DNA of 64,000 nucleotides from Candidatus Magasanikiibacteriota bacterium. Lineage in GTDB: Bacteria; Patescibacteriota; Patescibacteriia; Magasanikbacterales; UBA922. A program made the position numbers and the translations under genes. The stretch covers positions 10,503-74,502 of the forward strand of contig JBPOJQ010000003.1 of assembly GCA_052033375.1 (NCBI GenBank), written 5' to 3'. Shown piece by piece: positions 11,476 through 22,067 of the stretch. The notes beneath the pieces were generated by a model that made no database searches, was not told the DNA's origin, and saw only the letters and a program-made list of their open reading frames with translations. Numbering within the stretch: position 1 is the first letter of the stretch; each line of letters opens with the position of its first letter.

Positions 11476-12168
11476 TTACTTATTTCTTATCTGATATATG
11501 GTGTACCGAATAACCTGTTTCAAGAATAGCCAATGCTCCTTCCAATCTAGTTTTGAAGTGCTGTGTTTACGCATACGAAACTGATATGGAAATTCTTTAA
11601 TTTTTTCATAGTTTCCTTTTACCAATATTTCAAATAAGATTTTATACCCCTGTGTTTCAAGCGGTACATCCTTGATTACTGATTGCCGTAAGAAAAAATA
11701 GCCACTCAATGGATCTTTTGTACCAGTCAACCCTTTTGTCAAAAATACCCCAATTTCTGACAACACTTTTCTCCACCATACCCATTTCTCGACCGAACTT
11801 CCAGTTTTAAACCGACTCGCAACGGATATATCGCATTCATCAAGAGCGTATATCATGTTATTCAGAATACTCGGATCATGACTCAAGTCAGCATCCATCA
11901 CCCCAAGCACAGGTCGAGTACTCAAAGCAAATCCTTCCCGTACCGCGCTACCAAGTCCAAGTTTTTTGGCACGATGTATAACCTTGATTGGAAATTTTTT
12001 TATCAATTCTTCAGCAACCTCTCCTGTTCCATCAGGAGAATTATCATCTACAAAAATAATTTCCGCATTTATTTCATCAGTATTCAGAGAAGAAAAAATT
12101 CCTTCCACCAATAATGGAAGGTTTTTTGACTCATTATACGTCGGAATAATAATCGAGACAAACTTCAT
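11476..12168 (-). CDS. GT2 polyprenyl-phosphate sugar synthase (DPM1/ArnC-like)
   Basis: VSIIIPTYNESKNLPLLVEGI...EIIFVDDNSPDGTGEVA...VMDADLSHDP matches the Dpm1-like family. Confidence 0.75.
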   Translation of the reverse strand: MKFVSIIIPTYNESKNLPLLVEGIFSSLNTDEINAEIIFVDDNSPDGTGEVAEELIKKFPIKVIHRAKKLGLGSAVREGFALSTRPVLGVMDADLSHDPSILNNMIYALDECDISVASRFKTGSSVEKWVWWRKVLSEIGVFLTKGLTGTKDPLSGYFFLRQSVIKDVPLETQGYKILFEILVKGNYEKIKEFPYQFRMRKHSTSKLDWKEHWLFLKQVIRYTIYQIRNK

Positions 12169-12863
12169 ACTGCTTTTTTTTCAAATATCATCACGATACT
12201 TTTTGGAAATATCCGACTAATCAACCAACCGATAGGGAGGGTAAATATGTATATAAAAAATAAATATTTAAGTGGGGTAATGAACAGTCGAGTATCAAAT
12301 AACCAAATAAACGCAACTAAAGACTTGGGGAAACTTGGTGAGCCAGTCTGATGTTCTACATGTCGACGATTTTTATTTAGAAAAAACAAAAGAGCATATA
12401 CAACAGCCTCCATACCCCGTGTTTTTACTGTTTTGAGAGCTCGATAGTTCTTTTTTCTTAATGTATCTTTCAATACTATTGGGTCAACAATACGTACATG
12501 CCCCACCTCGTCAAAATATGAGGGTTTTAATTTGAGTAATTTTTTTTCCGAAACTTCCGCAGGCACGACAACAAAAAAATGCCCATTTGGTCGCAATACT
12601 CTATTAATTTCACTCAAAACAATATCGATATTATCTACATGTTCCAAGACGTCATATGCATGTACTTCATGGAAATAATTATCAGGAAATGGAAGTGACT
12701 TCCCGTCAGTCACATAGAATGTTCCTTCTGCATGCACCTTTTTAGCGTATTCAATATTTTTTTCTAAAATATCAATACCAACATACACACCTCTTTTGGA
12801 AAGAAATTTGTAATTTCCACTCCACCCACATCCGTAATCCAAGATTATTTTTTCTTCTGACAT
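12165..12863 (-). CDS. Class I SAM-dependent methyltransferase with a hydrophobic C-terminus
   Basis: ILDYGCGWSGNYKFLSKRG...GIDILEKNIEYAKK is an MTase motif I plus post-I region. Confidence 0.65.
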   Translation of the reverse strand: MSEEKIILDYGCGWSGNYKFLSKRGVYVGIDILEKNIEYAKKVHAEGTFYVTDGKSLPFPDNYFHEVHAYDVLEHVDNIDIVLSEINRVLRPNGHFFVVVPAEVSEKKLLKLKPSYFDEVGHVRIVDPIVLKDTLRKKNYRALKTVKTRGMEAVVYALLFFLNKNRRHVEHQTGSPSFPKSLVAFIWLFDTRLFITPLKYLFFIYIFTLPIGWLISRIFPKSIVMIFEKKAV

Positions 12864-13831
12864 ACAATCATTAATCCTTGTCCATGGTCCAGTCTCGTAA
12901 GAGATTCCACTAGTGAATTAATCGGATTCAATACAACATCGCATAATAGACGGATCACTTTGATCCTACTCAAAAACTTGGAAATTGCCACTACTCCTTT
13001 CACTAACACTGAATGTGCTTTGTATTCATTGTCAAAAAGCTCAACGTATGATTGTATTGGCCAAATTACACCCCAAATTTTCTTAACTATTACTGGCTCA
13101 AACCCATTTTTCTTCCACCGTTCTACACATGCACTAGGAAGTTCAAGTCCAATATGTCCTCCGATTTTTTCAATAAAATATTTCTGAAATAACTCAGGAT
13201 ATCGATGTGCAAATCGAAACCACCTATTATTACTATCATTTTCTATAATATGAACTGTCTTCCCTCCGGGTTTTAATACTCTATGTATCTCCTTCATAAT
13301 CTGATCTTTATCCTCGCTGCGAATATGTCCAAAAAAATCAGAACTCACTACGTAATCAAATGTATTATCGGAAAAAGGAAGTTTATTAACCCCACCTTGT
13401 ATGACCAAATCGTATCCTTTTTTTGCAATTGCAAGTGCATCAAAAGACAGATCAATACCTATTATTTTCCCATATTTTGTAAAATAATCTCTTCCCGCAC
13501 CACATGCTATATCGAGAACAAGATTATTTCTACCCTTGATATTTCTCTTAAAAAACCTTTCTCGACGATATGCGAGACTTATTTTTTCTAAAATTTGCTT
13601 TAGAATATTATTCCGATTTAATCCTTGAAACCAATGTTCTCCTAATTCACCAGAATAAATATGGTCATAAAATTCTTTGTCTTTTTCTGCCAATATTTCT
13701 CCGCTCACCAACACCCCATCTTTTTTTTCAAAAGTAAATGAGCATTTACTGCACGCGCGGGTTTCCCCAGCATCCTTATCAAGCGTTGCCCGACAATTAG
13801 GACAAATTAATATTTTTTCTAGTGATTCCAT
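12845..13831 (-). CDS. SAM-dependent methyltransferase with an N-terminal Trm112-like zinc ribbon
   Basis: ICPNCRATL...CSKCSFTF is a zinc ribbon. The SAM-binding motif is VLDIACGAGRDYF. Confidence 0.65.
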   Translation of the reverse strand: MESLEKILICPNCRATLDKDAGETRACSKCSFTFEKKDGVLVSGEILAEKDKEFYDHIYSGELGEHWFQGLNRNNILKQILEKISLAYRRERFFKRNIKGRNNLVLDIACGAGRDYFTKYGKIIGIDLSFDALAIAKKGYDLVIQGGVNKLPFSDNTFDYVVSSDFFGHIRSEDKDQIMKEIHRVLKPGGKTVHIIENDSNNRWFRFAHRYPELFQKYFIEKIGGHIGLELPSACVERWKKNGFEPVIVKKIWGVIWPIQSYVELFDNEYKAHSVLVKGVVAISKFLSRIKVIRLLCDVVLNPINSLVESLTRLDHGQGLMIVCQKKK

Positions 13832-13840
13832 ATATGCTTC

Positions 13841-15040
13841 TTAGGATTGTAAAACTTTTTTATAAACCTCAGTCGTATTTCTAATAAATTCTTCTACAAG
13901 GAAATTTTTTCTCTGCAATAGACATTCCTTTTTTAATTGAGCATATACATCCATATTCTCGAGGCTCTCCAATGCATCAGCTAGTGCGGGAGGGTGCGCT
14001 GGAGGAACGAGAATCCCTGCCCTACCAACCACTTCCGGTATTGCACCTGAATACGTAGAAAGTACCGGACAATTATTTGTTATCGCTTCAGCTGCCACAT
14101 ACCCGAACTGCTCCTGCCACACAGAATTTGGTATACTCCCGAGAATAAGCACGTGTGCACGTGAATAGAGTCTACGCAATACACGATTCGGTAATGAGTC
14201 TATAAAACGCACCGAACTGGATAGCCCAAACTCACGAACCAATCTCTTCAGATTCTCTTCCTCCCGGCCTTTTCCAATAAAAATAAGTTGTTTTGCTTGA
14301 TTCGTAGAGCGACTAAAAAAAATTTTCCACGCGTAGAGTACATCATACACGCCCTTTTCTTTTACCAAACGATTTACCGAGAGAAATATTTTTTTTTCTT
14401 GCCACTGAATCGCGTGATTATGCAATAGTTCTTCGAGTTGTATATCCTCTTCTGGATTTTTTTTCTCTACAACCACAGCAGGAGTGACTATCTGGATTTT
14501 TTTTTCTGGTACCCCCAAATCTCTCAACATATCAGCTGAATATGCAGATACAGGAAGAAACATATCAACACCGTCAATATTTTCTTGTCGATGTTTATAT
14601 ATAGTTCGAAGCCAAAAACGTGGTGGTTTTGAAAACAGTGGCCAGTAATTATACTCGAATCGCCCAAAACTATTATCCCATACGGTAGTTACAACTTTCA
14701 ATTTTGGATTTAACTTTTTAGCACGTACGGCTTGAGTGGTATAAAAATAACTAATTTCTGATGTATGCACAATATCAAAAGAAGAAACTTCTCTTTCTAA
14801 CCCAAACATCCACTGAAAACGTCCGCATATGCGCGCAGTAATTGGATTTAATACTCCGCTATCAGTACTTGAATGCAGGCGCTTCACAGGAAAAGCCACA
14901 TCAGTCGCATATAAATTTTTTCGAGTACAAAAACCCGTTACATCAAAAAAATCTGATAACTGTTCCCACAGTACCCCTTCCCAAGTATTGAGACTATCAC
15001 CTCGGACAAGTGCTATCCGTTTTTTCTTTTCAGACGCCAT
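13841..15040 (-). CDS. Glycosyltransferase family 4 (GT-B fold)
   Basis: C-terminal GT4/GT1 signature LIFIGKGREEENLKRL...GYVAAEAITNNCPVL with an E-x7-E-like context. Confidence 0.7.
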   Translation of the reverse strand: MASEKKKRIALVRGDSLNTWEGVLWEQLSDFFDVTGFCTRKNLYATDVAFPVKRLHSSTDSGVLNPITARICGRFQWMFGLEREVSSFDIVHTSEISYFYTTQAVRAKKLNPKLKVVTTVWDNSFGRFEYNYWPLFSKPPRFWLRTIYKHRQENIDGVDMFLPVSAYSADMLRDLGVPEKKIQIVTPAVVVEKKNPEEDIQLEELLHNHAIQWQEKKIFLSVNRLVKEKGVYDVLYAWKIFFSRSTNQAKQLIFIGKGREEENLKRLVREFGLSSSVRFIDSLPNRVLRRLYSRAHVLILGSIPNSVWQEQFGYVAAEAITNNCPVLSTYSGAIPEVVGRAGILVPPAHPPALADALESLENMDVYAQLKKECLLQRKNFLVEEFIRNTTEVYKKVLQS

Positions 15041-15843
15041 ACAAGACTATATAGATAAAGGTAGTAGATATACTGCTGGAATACTACTTGCCAGCCATAC
15101 CGGCTAGTATATAAACCATTGCGCAATTGACCCACGCTCATTTTGACAGGTTCCCACAATAAATACCATACGGTGTGCCGACGCACTTTTTTTGTAAAAC
15201 TAATCCATTTGTCAGGATTGATATTAAAGCCTTCATAATGCACTAAATTGGGGAAAAAAAATGTAGCATGAATTGGCACCCATCGTTTTGCTTTTCTAAA
15301 GAATGCTTTCCATCCAATATTATTATACACCGGACGATGATGTAAACGTAAACCCGACTTTACTGTTTTTCCGTCCACATATGCCCACCCATGAGTTATG
15401 GACAAATAGTGGAAATGATTCTTTTTGAACAAACAATCTTTTTGAAAACCCTTTACATAAATTGATTTTTTCAAATTCCACATTTCCCATTGAAAATTAT
15501 AACAATTAATATCTGTCCCCTCAGCCTCGGATACCAGTTTCTTGATCACTGCATGGTCATTTGTGTCAATGTACTCGTCAGCGTCAATTTGAAAAATCCA
15601 CTCACTGCGAGCCTGCTCATAACTAAAAACGCGATGAAGTGATGAATCGCCCGTATGTGGACGTATAAAAATTCGATCGGTATATTCCCTGACAATATCA
15701 AGCGTTCCATCGGTGCATTCTCCGTCATGTATTACCACAATCTCATCCACCAAATCCTTAACACTATCAAGACAACGACGAATAATCGTCGCCTCATTGT
15801 AGATTACCAAGCAGGCAGAAATTGTAGGAATTTTGGTATTCAT
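15013..15843 (-). CDS. Glycosyltransferase family 2-like
   Basis: ISACLVIYNEATIIRRCLDSV...IVVIHDGECTDGT. Confidence 0.6.
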   Translation of the reverse strand: MNTKIPTISACLVIYNEATIIRRCLDSVKDLVDEIVVIHDGECTDGTLDIVREYTDRIFIRPHTGDSSLHRVFSYEQARSEWIFQIDADEYIDTNDHAVIKKLVSEAEGTDINCYNFQWEMWNLKKSIYVKGFQKDCLFKKNHFHYLSITHGWAYVDGKTVKSGLRLHHRPVYNNIGWKAFFRKAKRWVPIHATFFFPNLVHYEGFNINPDKWISFTKKVRRHTVWYLLWEPVKMSVGQLRNGLYTSRYGWQVVFQQYIYYLYLYSLVWRLKRKNG

Positions 15844-15847
15844 ATAT

Positions 15848-17200
15848 TTATTTCAATTTATCTTCAAGGAAGTCTCTCACTTTATAATACAGTCTGAACG
15901 GAAGTCGTAATATATTAGCACATTTCTCAGTAACAGATAGCGTGCCGAAATCCACTTGCAACAGTGCTGGGTATTTTTCTTTATACGCGATAATATCTTC
16001 TGTGGTTGGCGAAAACGAAATGGCGTCAAAAGCATTACGTATATTCACATCGACCATCCCTCGTGTAACGCACTCAGTGAGTACTACTTTCTCGAATTGT
16101 GACGTGATGTGCACTGGTCTATTATCACGAAAGACTTTTCGATTTGCCGCATCGCCCATCTCACGGAGAATTGCCCGATTACTGAGCACATACCCTACTG
16201 CACGGGCCATGGTTTGTGGATGATTTGCGATAATACCATTTTTCATATGATCAATCTGTTCCAATTGACCATTATCTTTCCGTGGCGTCGAATTCACTAC
16301 CACTGGTTTTTTCCAGAACATTGCCTCATTTATCGTATTACCATTACACTCTCCGATTTTTGAACTATGCACGAGCACATCAAGCGCCTGGTAAAAACTA
16401 TGAATTTCTTTTTCACTAGAAGTCTCATCACGGATGATAAAGTGATTACTATAACCACTTCTCTCTATTCTCCTCTTTCTCGACTGCGGAACGCCGATAA
16501 TAATGAACTTAATATTTGGCACTATATCCACCAGATACGGCATCATTTCAATCACCAGATCGCTCCATTTCGCCACATGAGCTCGAGCAATTTTACCAAT
16601 AACGAAATCCTCTGGCTCAATACCCAAACTTTTTTTATACACTACGATCTCTTCTGGGGTAAGTGTGTATTTACTCAGAGCTTCTGCGTCTACCATGTTA
16701 TAGAGCACCCTCATGGATTGACCATTGAACGGCTTCCCTGAACGTGGCAGATATCGTTCATGTATATGCATTTTGCTCTGAAAAAAAGAGCAGTGAATAT
16801 GATCAGCAACCGCCTTAGTATATCCCCCAAACACATTTTTTTCAACTATGACAATACGTGGATCGTACGTATGAATTTTTGACACCAGTTCTACTTCAAG
16901 GGGGACTGAAAACCCCGAACGATGTATATGCACCACCTGGATATTATTTTTTTTAATGTAATTCATTATTTCATCAGCAGTATTGGTGATAGCATATGGT
17001 ACACCGAGCTCAATCAGAGATTTCTCACCTACCCCACCACTATACGCTGCTGCAAAAATATTAAAATATTTTCGATTTAAATATTTACAAAACCCAATCA
17101 TATTACGCGTGCCACCCGCGTAACCAAAATTTGAAACAAGTTCAAGAATATTTATTTTTGATATTTTCTCATCCATAATTCTAACATTACAAGCGACCAT
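15848..17200 (-). CDS. Glycosyltransferase family 4 (GT-B fold)
   Basis: GGTRNMIGFCKYL in the N-terminal domain, and FIIIGV...EAMFWKKPVVV in the C-terminal GT4 domain. The true start may be the internal Met MDEKISK. Confidence 0.65.
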   Translation of the reverse strand: MVACNVRIMDEKISKINILELVSNFGYAGGTRNMIGFCKYLNRKYFNIFAAAYSGGVGEKSLIELGVPYAITNTADEIMNYIKKNNIQVVHIHRSGFSVPLEVELVSKIHTYDPRIVIVEKNVFGGYTKAVADHIHCSFFQSKMHIHERYLPRSGKPFNGQSMRVLYNMVDAEALSKYTLTPEEIVVYKKSLGIEPEDFVIGKIARAHVAKWSDLVIEMMPYLVDIVPNIKFIIIGVPQSRKRRIERSGYSNHFIIRDETSSEKEIHSFYQALDVLVHSSKIGECNGNTINEAMFWKKPVVVNSTPRKDNGQLEQIDHMKNGIIANHPQTMARAVGYVLSNRAILREMGDAANRKVFRDNRPVHITSQFEKVVLTECVTRGMVDVNIRNAFDAISFSPTTEDIIAYKEKYPALLQVDFGTLSVTEKCANILRLPFRLYYKVRDFLEDKLK

Positions 17201-19032
17201 ATATGATTACTATAATCAGCACGTCCATTTATATGATCTCTCCACATATTTTCTCGAGCAGATAGTAAAAAGAAATCTCCAATTCGACTTGTCGCTGATA
17301 ACACAGTATCTTCAACGAGCGGTCTCAATTCTCGAGAAATACTAGTGTTCAATGGAAACGCAAACCCCCGTTTTGGTTTTTGAATAATTTCCCTCGGTAA
17401 TTTTGCGGCTACAATATCTTTCCAAATATATTTTTGTATTTTTCCTCGAATTTTATGCTGTACCGGCAGCTGAAGCGCTTTTTCCACGAGCCTGTAATCC
17501 AAAAATGGTGATCGTACTTCAAGACCACTTGCCATGCTCGCACTATCGATTTTTGCTAGGTACCCTTCCGCAAGACGTCCAGGAAAATCCGCAATCATTG
17601 CCTGGGATACTATGTCTTTCCCCGCCGTATGATCAAACCATTTGTGCATCTGCGCTCTCGCACGTTCACTATCAACTGCTTTCTTGAATTCCGGTGTATA
17701 AAGGTCGTCCTTCGTAAGATAAAAATGACTCTCTGGTAAGTTTTTTTTCCACAGAGCACAATATTCAGTATACGCCGAAAAGAAATCATTTTGTAATATT
17801 TCCATTTGGTAATGACGATGCGATCCTTTTTTTGCCATACGCATCATAATTTGGCGTATTAAATTCGGAATGCGTTGATAATGTTGCAATACAGTCACAA
17901 AACGATAATTTTTGTATCCACCGAAAAGTTCATCTGCTCCATCTCCACTCAAAACCACTGTTACATACTTTTTCATTTCGCGACTGATAATAAGACTTGG
18001 AATAGCTGACTGATCAAAGAATGGCTCATCGTAGTGATCAGCAATATGCATCATAATATCTGGAAGATCTCCTGGATTGATATGTAATTCATGATGATTA
18101 GTTTTAAAAAATTTAGACACTACTCGTGCCATGCGTTCATCCTCACTCTCGCCACCAATACTAATAACAAACGTATCAATAGGTGACGTCGATACTTCAC
18201 TCATTGCAGCGACGACAGAACTAGAATCAATTCCACCGCTCAAAAAGGCACCTAATGGCACGTCACTTATCATTCTCTTTTCGACTCCATCAAGAAATAA
18301 TTTCCAAAGATCATACTTCCACTGCGCATATGATGCCGTGGTATTTACCTCAAATGAAGTAGGATTCCAATATTCTTTAATACTCAGAGTATTCCGCTGC
18401 CACCAGAGATAGTGTCCAGCAGGTAATTTATGAATATGTGTAAAACCAGTACGTGGTGCTGGGGCATAGCTAAACGTTAGAGCCTCATCAATTGCCTGGA
18501 AATCTATAGTACGATCAATCGTTGAATCACTCAATAATGATTTTATCTCTGAAGCAAACACAAAGCGATTATGGTTGAAAAAATATTTAAATGGTTTTTT
18601 CCCCACCCGATCACGTGCTGCAAATAATTTTTTTTCACGACTATCCCATACTGCAAATGCAAACATTCCATTGAGTTTTTCTAAACACAACTCCTGCCAT
18701 TCAATAAATGCATACAGCAGTACCTCAGTATCACTTGAAGAATCAAATGAATAACCTTTTTCAACCAATTCACGTTTCAATTCTTGATAATTATAAATTT
18801 CACCATTAAAAACTATAGTAAATCGACCATCGCGACTTACTCTTGGCTGTCTGCCGCCACTTGAGAGATCGATAATCGCAAGCCGACGCTGACCCAACGC
18901 GACTGTCTGATCATCACTAAACCACACACCCTCATCATCAGGTCCCCGATGTTTGAGACACTGAAGCATCCGATTAATTGTATCAGGGTGTATTTTTCCA
19001 TTATCGTGAATGCTACCAGCGATACCGCACAT
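17152..19032 (-). CDS. Asparagine synthase (glutamine-hydrolysing) family amidotransferase (AsnB/WbpS-like)
   Basis: MCGIAG gives an N-terminal Cys2 class-II glutamine amidotransferase domain. The PP-loop motif is SGGIDSS. Length is about 626 aa. Confidence 0.8.
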   Translation of the reverse strand: MCGIAGSIHDNGKIHPDTINRMLQCLKHRGPDDEGVWFSDDQTVALGQRRLAIIDLSSGGRQPRVSRDGRFTIVFNGEIYNYQELKRELVEKGYSFDSSSDTEVLLYAFIEWQELCLEKLNGMFAFAVWDSREKKLFAARDRVGKKPFKYFFNHNRFVFASEIKSLLSDSTIDRTIDFQAIDEALTFSYAPAPRTGFTHIHKLPAGHYLWWQRNTLSIKEYWNPTSFEVNTTASYAQWKYDLWKLFLDGVEKRMISDVPLGAFLSGGIDSSSVVAAMSEVSTSPIDTFVISIGGESEDERMARVVSKFFKTNHHELHINPGDLPDIMMHIADHYDEPFFDQSAIPSLIISREMKKYVTVVLSGDGADELFGGYKNYRFVTVLQHYQRIPNLIRQIMMRMAKKGSHRHYQMEILQNDFFSAYTEYCALWKKNLPESHFYLTKDDLYTPEFKKAVDSERARAQMHKWFDHTAGKDIVSQAMIADFPGRLAEGYLAKIDSASMASGLEVRSPFLDYRLVEKALQLPVQHKIRGKIQKYIWKDIVAAKLPREIIQKPKRGFAFPLNTSISRELRPLVEDTVLSATSRIGDFFLLSARENMWRDHINGRADYSNHIWSLVMLELWMRKYQK

Positions 19033-19035
19033 ATT

Positions 19036-20931
19036 TTATATAGAGAATGATAGATGCACTAGCATTATATTGTCGATAGTCTTGAAGCGAGGAAATTTTT
19101 CTAGATTTGGATCAGATTGTGCAATTGATTTAGCATGATCCACCACTGCACGTATTCCTCCAGCTTCGATCAGCTCCCAAAAGGTATATAAACCATCTGT
19201 TGTGTGTATATCAATATCAGATGGAATTGCCCCATCAGTACATACTACCATTTGCTTCATATCAACCAGTGGCACCGCGGTGGTATCGACTCGAAATTTT
19301 CCACCACCATTAATGCGTGGAATTTCTCCTGTATTGAACTGTCGTAATGATTCCATCATCTCACCCAAAACAGGCGAAAAGCGATGGTCTGTTTTTTTAT
19401 TTTTAAGCACCTCTGAAACAGAGCATTTGTATTGTGTAGCCAGCGCACTAGCCACCTCTAATACTTTTTGGTCACGTGAGTGCACATGGTCAATAGTTAA
19501 TAGTCTAACAGAGCCATCGGTGTGCAGTCCAATTGCATATGCATCGCCTGCGTTTGAAATTTCTATCAATCCACGCTCACTATCTACACACACACCTACA
19601 ATTGAGCCGTATGGCACTGAATCAGAAAATTCAGTCTGTTCAATATCTGCATGATTTTTTTTCATGTCTCCTGCGATTGCAGTATTTATCTGCATAAGTA
19701 CATCAGCTGTTGAAGAGCTATGATTGATCTTAGTTGCATGTTGTAGTACTTGGTCACGTATATATTGTCCTCCGGTTTGCCCCCGTAGACTGGGCACCTC
19801 TGCCATCTGAGTACCTCCATCAACTACCAAAAAATAAGTACTGTTCTCATGTAGTACCGCGACGCATCCATCTTCATTAACCGTATTTCCTTCACCACGT
19901 TCAGTCAGAGCCTCGAGCTGCACCGTTATGTTTGGAAGACGAATTTCCTGTTTTCTTACACACCCGTCAACTAAATCTCTTGAAGAAAAGGGTGCCGACT
20001 TATCAAGTGATTCAAGTGCCGGAACTAGACTATCGGATAATTGATTCAGGACACTGTCAAATGATACCGTGGTTACCTGTTCGACATACTTTTGCAATCC
20101 TTTGATATACCTCCACGCATTTTCATTATGCAGAGGCATACGTTCACGCATAAATTGATCTGTAATCCGACCTGAAGGTGGTTTATCTTGATACGGATCA
20201 GACCAATTCGTTTGCTCGGCAGGACGAAAATCCTCTACTTGTTTAAGACGATTAGTGTGCGGAGCACGCTTCGCAAATTCATCTAAAAGACGTACTAGCA
20301 CTGCTTCAGGTGGTAATTTTTGAATAGCTTCATCCATTGATTGATCTGCGGGGGTCTGCATCAATGACTCATTTGGAAGTACAGCTAAAATGTCTTCGCG
20401 TATACCGATACGCTCCAGCGCTCTTTTCCCAATTGCTTCATTCGTATAAAAAAGATGGGTAACGAACCTACCATCATCATGGAGAGCAGCTGCAGCTGCT
20501 GTATGATGTGGATTCAGTGTATACAAATCGTTAATTGCTTTTTGTGCCCATGGTTCCTCGACATCTTGTATATCTTTTAGGTGATTCTTGATGTACTCGA
20601 CTACAATCTCTGCACCCTTTGTCGCAAGCTCGATATGTTCCTCGGGTCCTCCTGGCTTATCCCAATTAGCATAGCTTGATAGGTCGACAATCTCACCTGC
20701 AGCAAGACTTTTGTTTGCAGGAGTGAGACGCCATGGATGTTCTGCATTAGTTGGGGAAACTGCCTTATGATACCGACGGATTGCATCAACATCAGCCGCA
20801 GTAACAGGCTTTGTACTCTCAAGGATTGCAGTCCCGGCTAGTAGCTTCTGACCTTGCTCAATAACAAAAGAATATCGCTCACCTGCCTCAGGATCGACAA
20901 TAACTGGCGGACGCTCATGCCGTTCGGACAT
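19036..20931 (-). CDS. Hypothetical protein with a C-terminal PP2C/PPM-like phosphatase fold and an N-terminal domain of unknown function
   Basis: The C-terminal 280 aa carry four PPM-like motifs in the canonical order: FLVVDGGTQ, ISNAGDAYAIG, MVVCTDGA and KTIDNIMLVHLS. GC content is noticeably higher than in the neighbours. Confidence 0.45.
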   Translation of the reverse strand: MSERHERPPVIVDPEAGERYSFVIEQGQKLLAGTAILESTKPVTAADVDAIRRYHKAVSPTNAEHPWRLTPANKSLAAGEIVDLSSYANWDKPGGPEEHIELATKGAEIVVEYIKNHLKDIQDVEEPWAQKAINDLYTLNPHHTAAAAALHDDGRFVTHLFYTNEAIGKRALERIGIREDILAVLPNESLMQTPADQSMDEAIQKLPPEAVLVRLLDEFAKRAPHTNRLKQVEDFRPAEQTNWSDPYQDKPPSGRITDQFMRERMPLHNENAWRYIKGLQKYVEQVTTVSFDSVLNQLSDSLVPALESLDKSAPFSSRDLVDGCVRKQEIRLPNITVQLEALTERGEGNTVNEDGCVAVLHENSTYFLVVDGGTQMAEVPSLRGQTGGQYIRDQVLQHATKINHSSSTADVLMQINTAIAGDMKKNHADIEQTEFSDSVPYGSIVGVCVDSERGLIEISNAGDAYAIGLHTDGSVRLLTIDHVHSRDQKVLEVASALATQYKCSVSEVLKNKKTDHRFSPVLGEMMESLRQFNTGEIPRINGGGKFRVDTTAVPLVDMKQMVVCTDGAIPSDIDIHTTDGLYTFWELIEAGGIRAVVDHAKSIAQSDPNLEKFPRFKTIDNIMLVHLSFSI

Positions 20932-20939
20932 AGGATTTA

Positions 20940-22067
20940 TTATTCAATGACTATCGCATTAATCGTAGCGATAATATACAGTACCTCTTCATCAGTTAAT
21001 TTTGGATAGAGCGGAAGTGTGATTGTTGAGGCGCCGATATGCTCAGCGATTGGAAAAGCTCCTGGTTGAAAGCCGTATTTCTCGCGATAATATTTCATCA
21101 AATGAATCGTCCGGAAATTCACGGCAACTCCAATACCCGCGTCTTGAAGTGCGTGCAGGTATTCGTCTCGTTTTTCAGGTTTTACCCAAATAGTATAGAG
21201 ATGCCGAGCATGTTTGGTACCTGATAGTACGGCTGGTTTACCTATATGTGAATTTGCTTTAAACCCCTCATCATACATAGCCGCAATTCCTGCTTTTTTC
21301 GTCAAATATTCTTCCATTCTATCTATCTGATGAATAAGTACTGATGCTGCAATATTATTCATATTGCATTTATACCCTAAAAATTCCATGTCATAATGTT
21401 CATACCGTTTGGTATAACGATCAGCAGCATTTTTACTCATACCATGAAGACGCGCTTTGGCAAGCCAGGCATACCATTCAGCATTCTTAGTAACGAGCGC
21501 CCCACCTTCACCACTGGTAATATTTTTTGTAGCATAAAAACTAAAACATGAGATGTCTCCCAACTGTCCCGGACGGACTCCATCGCGCTCACCTTCGATA
21601 CAGTGGGCACAATCTTCGACTACTTTTAGCGCATGTTTATCGGCAATTCTTCGAATTTCCCGCATATCACACATTTGTCCATATAGATGGACGACGATAA
21701 TTGCTTTTGTTTTTGGTGTAATCGCAGATTCAATACGGCTCACGTCAATATTACCCGTGGTTTGTTCAACATCCACAAATACAGGCTGTGCGCCACAATA
21801 TTCAATCGCATTTGCAGTTGCAATAAATGATAGTGGTGTCGTAATTACTTCGTCACCAGGGCCCACACCAAAGCAGCGAAGCGCCAAAAGCAATGCATCT
21901 GTGCAAGACGTCACACCTACTGCATATTCTACACCAAGGTAGCGAGCAAATTTTTGTTCGAAATTTTTTACTACTTCGCCAGTTGTCAAAAACAGTGAAT
22001 CAAGCACTTTAATGCATTCTTCTTTATCCGCAGCAACTAGATTGTGCTTGTAAAATTCTATTTTCAT
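20940..22067 (-). CDS. DegT/DnrJ/EryC1/StrS-family PLP-dependent sugar aminotransferase
   Basis: GVTSCTDALLLALR...GDEVITTPLSFIATANAI, and the Schiff-base lysine context SFYATKNITSGEGG. Confidence 0.8.
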   Translation of the reverse strand: MKIEFYKHNLVAADKEECIKVLDSLFLTTGEVVKNFEQKFARYLGVEYAVGVTSCTDALLLALRCFGVGPGDEVITTPLSFIATANAIEYCGAQPVFVDVEQTTGNIDVSRIESAITPKTKAIIVVHLYGQMCDMREIRRIADKHALKVVEDCAHCIEGERDGVRPGQLGDISCFSFYATKNITSGEGGALVTKNAEWYAWLAKARLHGMSKNAADRYTKRYEHYDMEFLGYKCNMNNIAASVLIHQIDRMEEYLTKKAGIAAMYDEGFKANSHIGKPAVLSGTKHARHLYTIWVKPEKRDEYLHALQDAGIGVAVNFRTIHLMKYYREKYGFQPGAFPIAEHIGASTITLPLYPKLTDEEVLYIIATINAIVIE

